This document shows, one piece after another, positions 62,519 through 64,000 of a DNA stretch of 64,000 bases (positions within the stretch are counted from its first letter, which is position 1; every line of letters begins with the position of its first letter). Both the position numbers and the translations under genes were made by a program. A model generated the notes under the pieces. It saw only the letters and a list, made by a program, of their open reading frames with translations. It was not told where the DNA came from and did not search any database. Source of the DNA: Lepidodermella squamata (taxonomy: Eukaryota; Animalia; Gastrotricha); assembly GCA_047495785.1 (NCBI GenBank), contig JBLDXI010000054.1, positions 2,418,001 to 2,482,000 of the forward strand, read 5' to 3'.

Positions 62519-63755
62519 CTAGTTTGACATCATCAAAAACAGGACACCAAAATTAATAACCAAAAAGCATAAAAATGTAAACCAGAAGAAAACGCAGTCA
62601 ATAAATTGCTTTACAAGCCACACTTTTCCGCAAATTTTTACCTCTTGCTCCATTCGAGTGCTCCAAGGCTTTCGATCTACCATCTGGCACGTGACTGCCG
62701 CGTAGAAAGTGACACAAAGTGCTGAAATCGTGTCTGCAGATATGACTTGCATTAGCCATAAGTTTTCCGATGTTTTAGGTACATTCGCAATCACATTGGC
62801 CTAAGAATATTCGGGGAAATTAATTTAAGTATTTTGCGGATGATAATTCACCTGAGCGACAGAAAAGGCCAGCAAAATTGTAATGCCAAACCCTGCTCTA
62901 TCCGGGACCCCAAATGGGATGAAAAAAGTAGCAAGCTGAGCGACAGCCAGAACAGCACTTGGTAGAATAAGATTGAAGATAAAGTAATTGATTCTTCTCT
63001 CAAGGAAAAGCTCAAATTTGACTATGTGGTAACCAAAACCGTCAAACTCAAAATAATCGGATGTTGCATTTTTCCGTATGATGTTCCAGCCTGAATTTGG
63101 CGATTGAAGTCGGCTAGGATTCAGTACCGACATTTTTACTGTCTGAATATCAATCATATGATTGTTTTGCCAGATGGCGAATTCAAACCTGAAATTCAAA
63201 GTTGAGGATTGTTCACAATACAATTTCTATTAGTTACCAGCAAGTTTGCTTATCGAACGGGAAATTAACCAACTTAAGAGCACATTCAGATATGAAAAGA
63301 CCACTCCATTGATATTGAATCATACCATAGAATGGAAAAATCAGCATGTTGTATGAAAACGAATTCGATACAGCAAAGTCTGCCTGAGCATTGGCGTGCG
63401 ACATAGGAGGCCGCCATATCTGGTCGAGACCAGAATATATGACCCAATACGGTGCATAAGGAGCGAGTTCCTCATCAGTTGAGTTGTAGAAGATGCTTCG
63501 CTCGGCTACACATGGTACGGTGAAGTACATCTGAAGTGAGGCAATTGACGAAACTGTCTGCTCGACGTCATTGATGTCTTTGAACTGCAGCAACGAAAAT
63601 TCAACCTTTGTTGGGGCCGGCGTGTTTCTGTCCTTTTCATTCGGTGAAGATGCTAATGGGGTGAGTTGGCAATCATTGAGTATTTTCATTCGCAGCTCGT
63701 CAGTACTTGACGCGTACGTCTGGCTAGCGAAGAATACCACGAGAAGAATAAGCAT
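62519..63755 (-). CDS. Divergent Cys-loop ligand-gated ion channel subunit 4 (3 exons; recent duplicate of subunit 3)
   Basis: Highly similar to subunit 3, including introns and upstream flank (60780-60960 vs 63825-64000). Confidence 0.9.
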
Positions 63756-64000
63756 CCTGACTCGAAATTCGAATGCATGTATATCTGCGTTTTACTTTTC
63801 ATATATATACCTAATTGAAATAATTTGACTGACATTTCATGGTTATAACTTCCATAATAGAAAATTCTAGCGGATATTGCATTAATAAAACCAATAAATC
63901 GTAACAGCAGACATCAAAATTTCGCAACCAGCTATTATATGAGAGCCTGTTTCGACGCTTCCAGATAATTCGGGCAATTTTTTATGAGTAGCATGAATCA

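Overview
Gene-dense window from a compact invertebrate animal genome (mostly ~50-nt GT-AG introns; the species cannot be identified from this sequence). Protein-coding content, left to right: 3' part of ARIH2; two tandem transketolases plus a truncated, divergent third copy; a coiled-coil/ankyrin gene; a decaying signal-peptide ankyrin/sushi gene; asparagine synthetase; a cluster of sushi/trypsin-domain membrane proteins and Cys-rich, probably GPI-anchored proteins; an intronless class C GPCR; two small 2-TM proteins; a disrupted LamG/protease-homologue gene; four divergent Cys-loop channel subunits. The most notable signals are not in the ORF track. (1) At 2.6-6.1 kb, 15 paralogous box C/D snoRNAs sit one per intron of a non-coding exon chain that runs into transketolase. 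Most carry two guides, one matching the 28S snR38/SNORD1 site and one the 18S snR57 site. (2) At 53.3-54.8 kb there are three vault-RNA-like Pol III genes with covarying stems. (3) A duplicated three-gene cassette has 1-31 nt between stop and start codons and splice acceptors just before the ATGs, suggesting trans-spliced operons. (4) A perfect 144-bp palindrome lies in frame inside an ankyrin exon. Four non-autonomous DNA transposons with TIRs and TSDs are also resolvable. rRNA and vault RNA comparisons rely on recalled conserved sequences, not on a database search.
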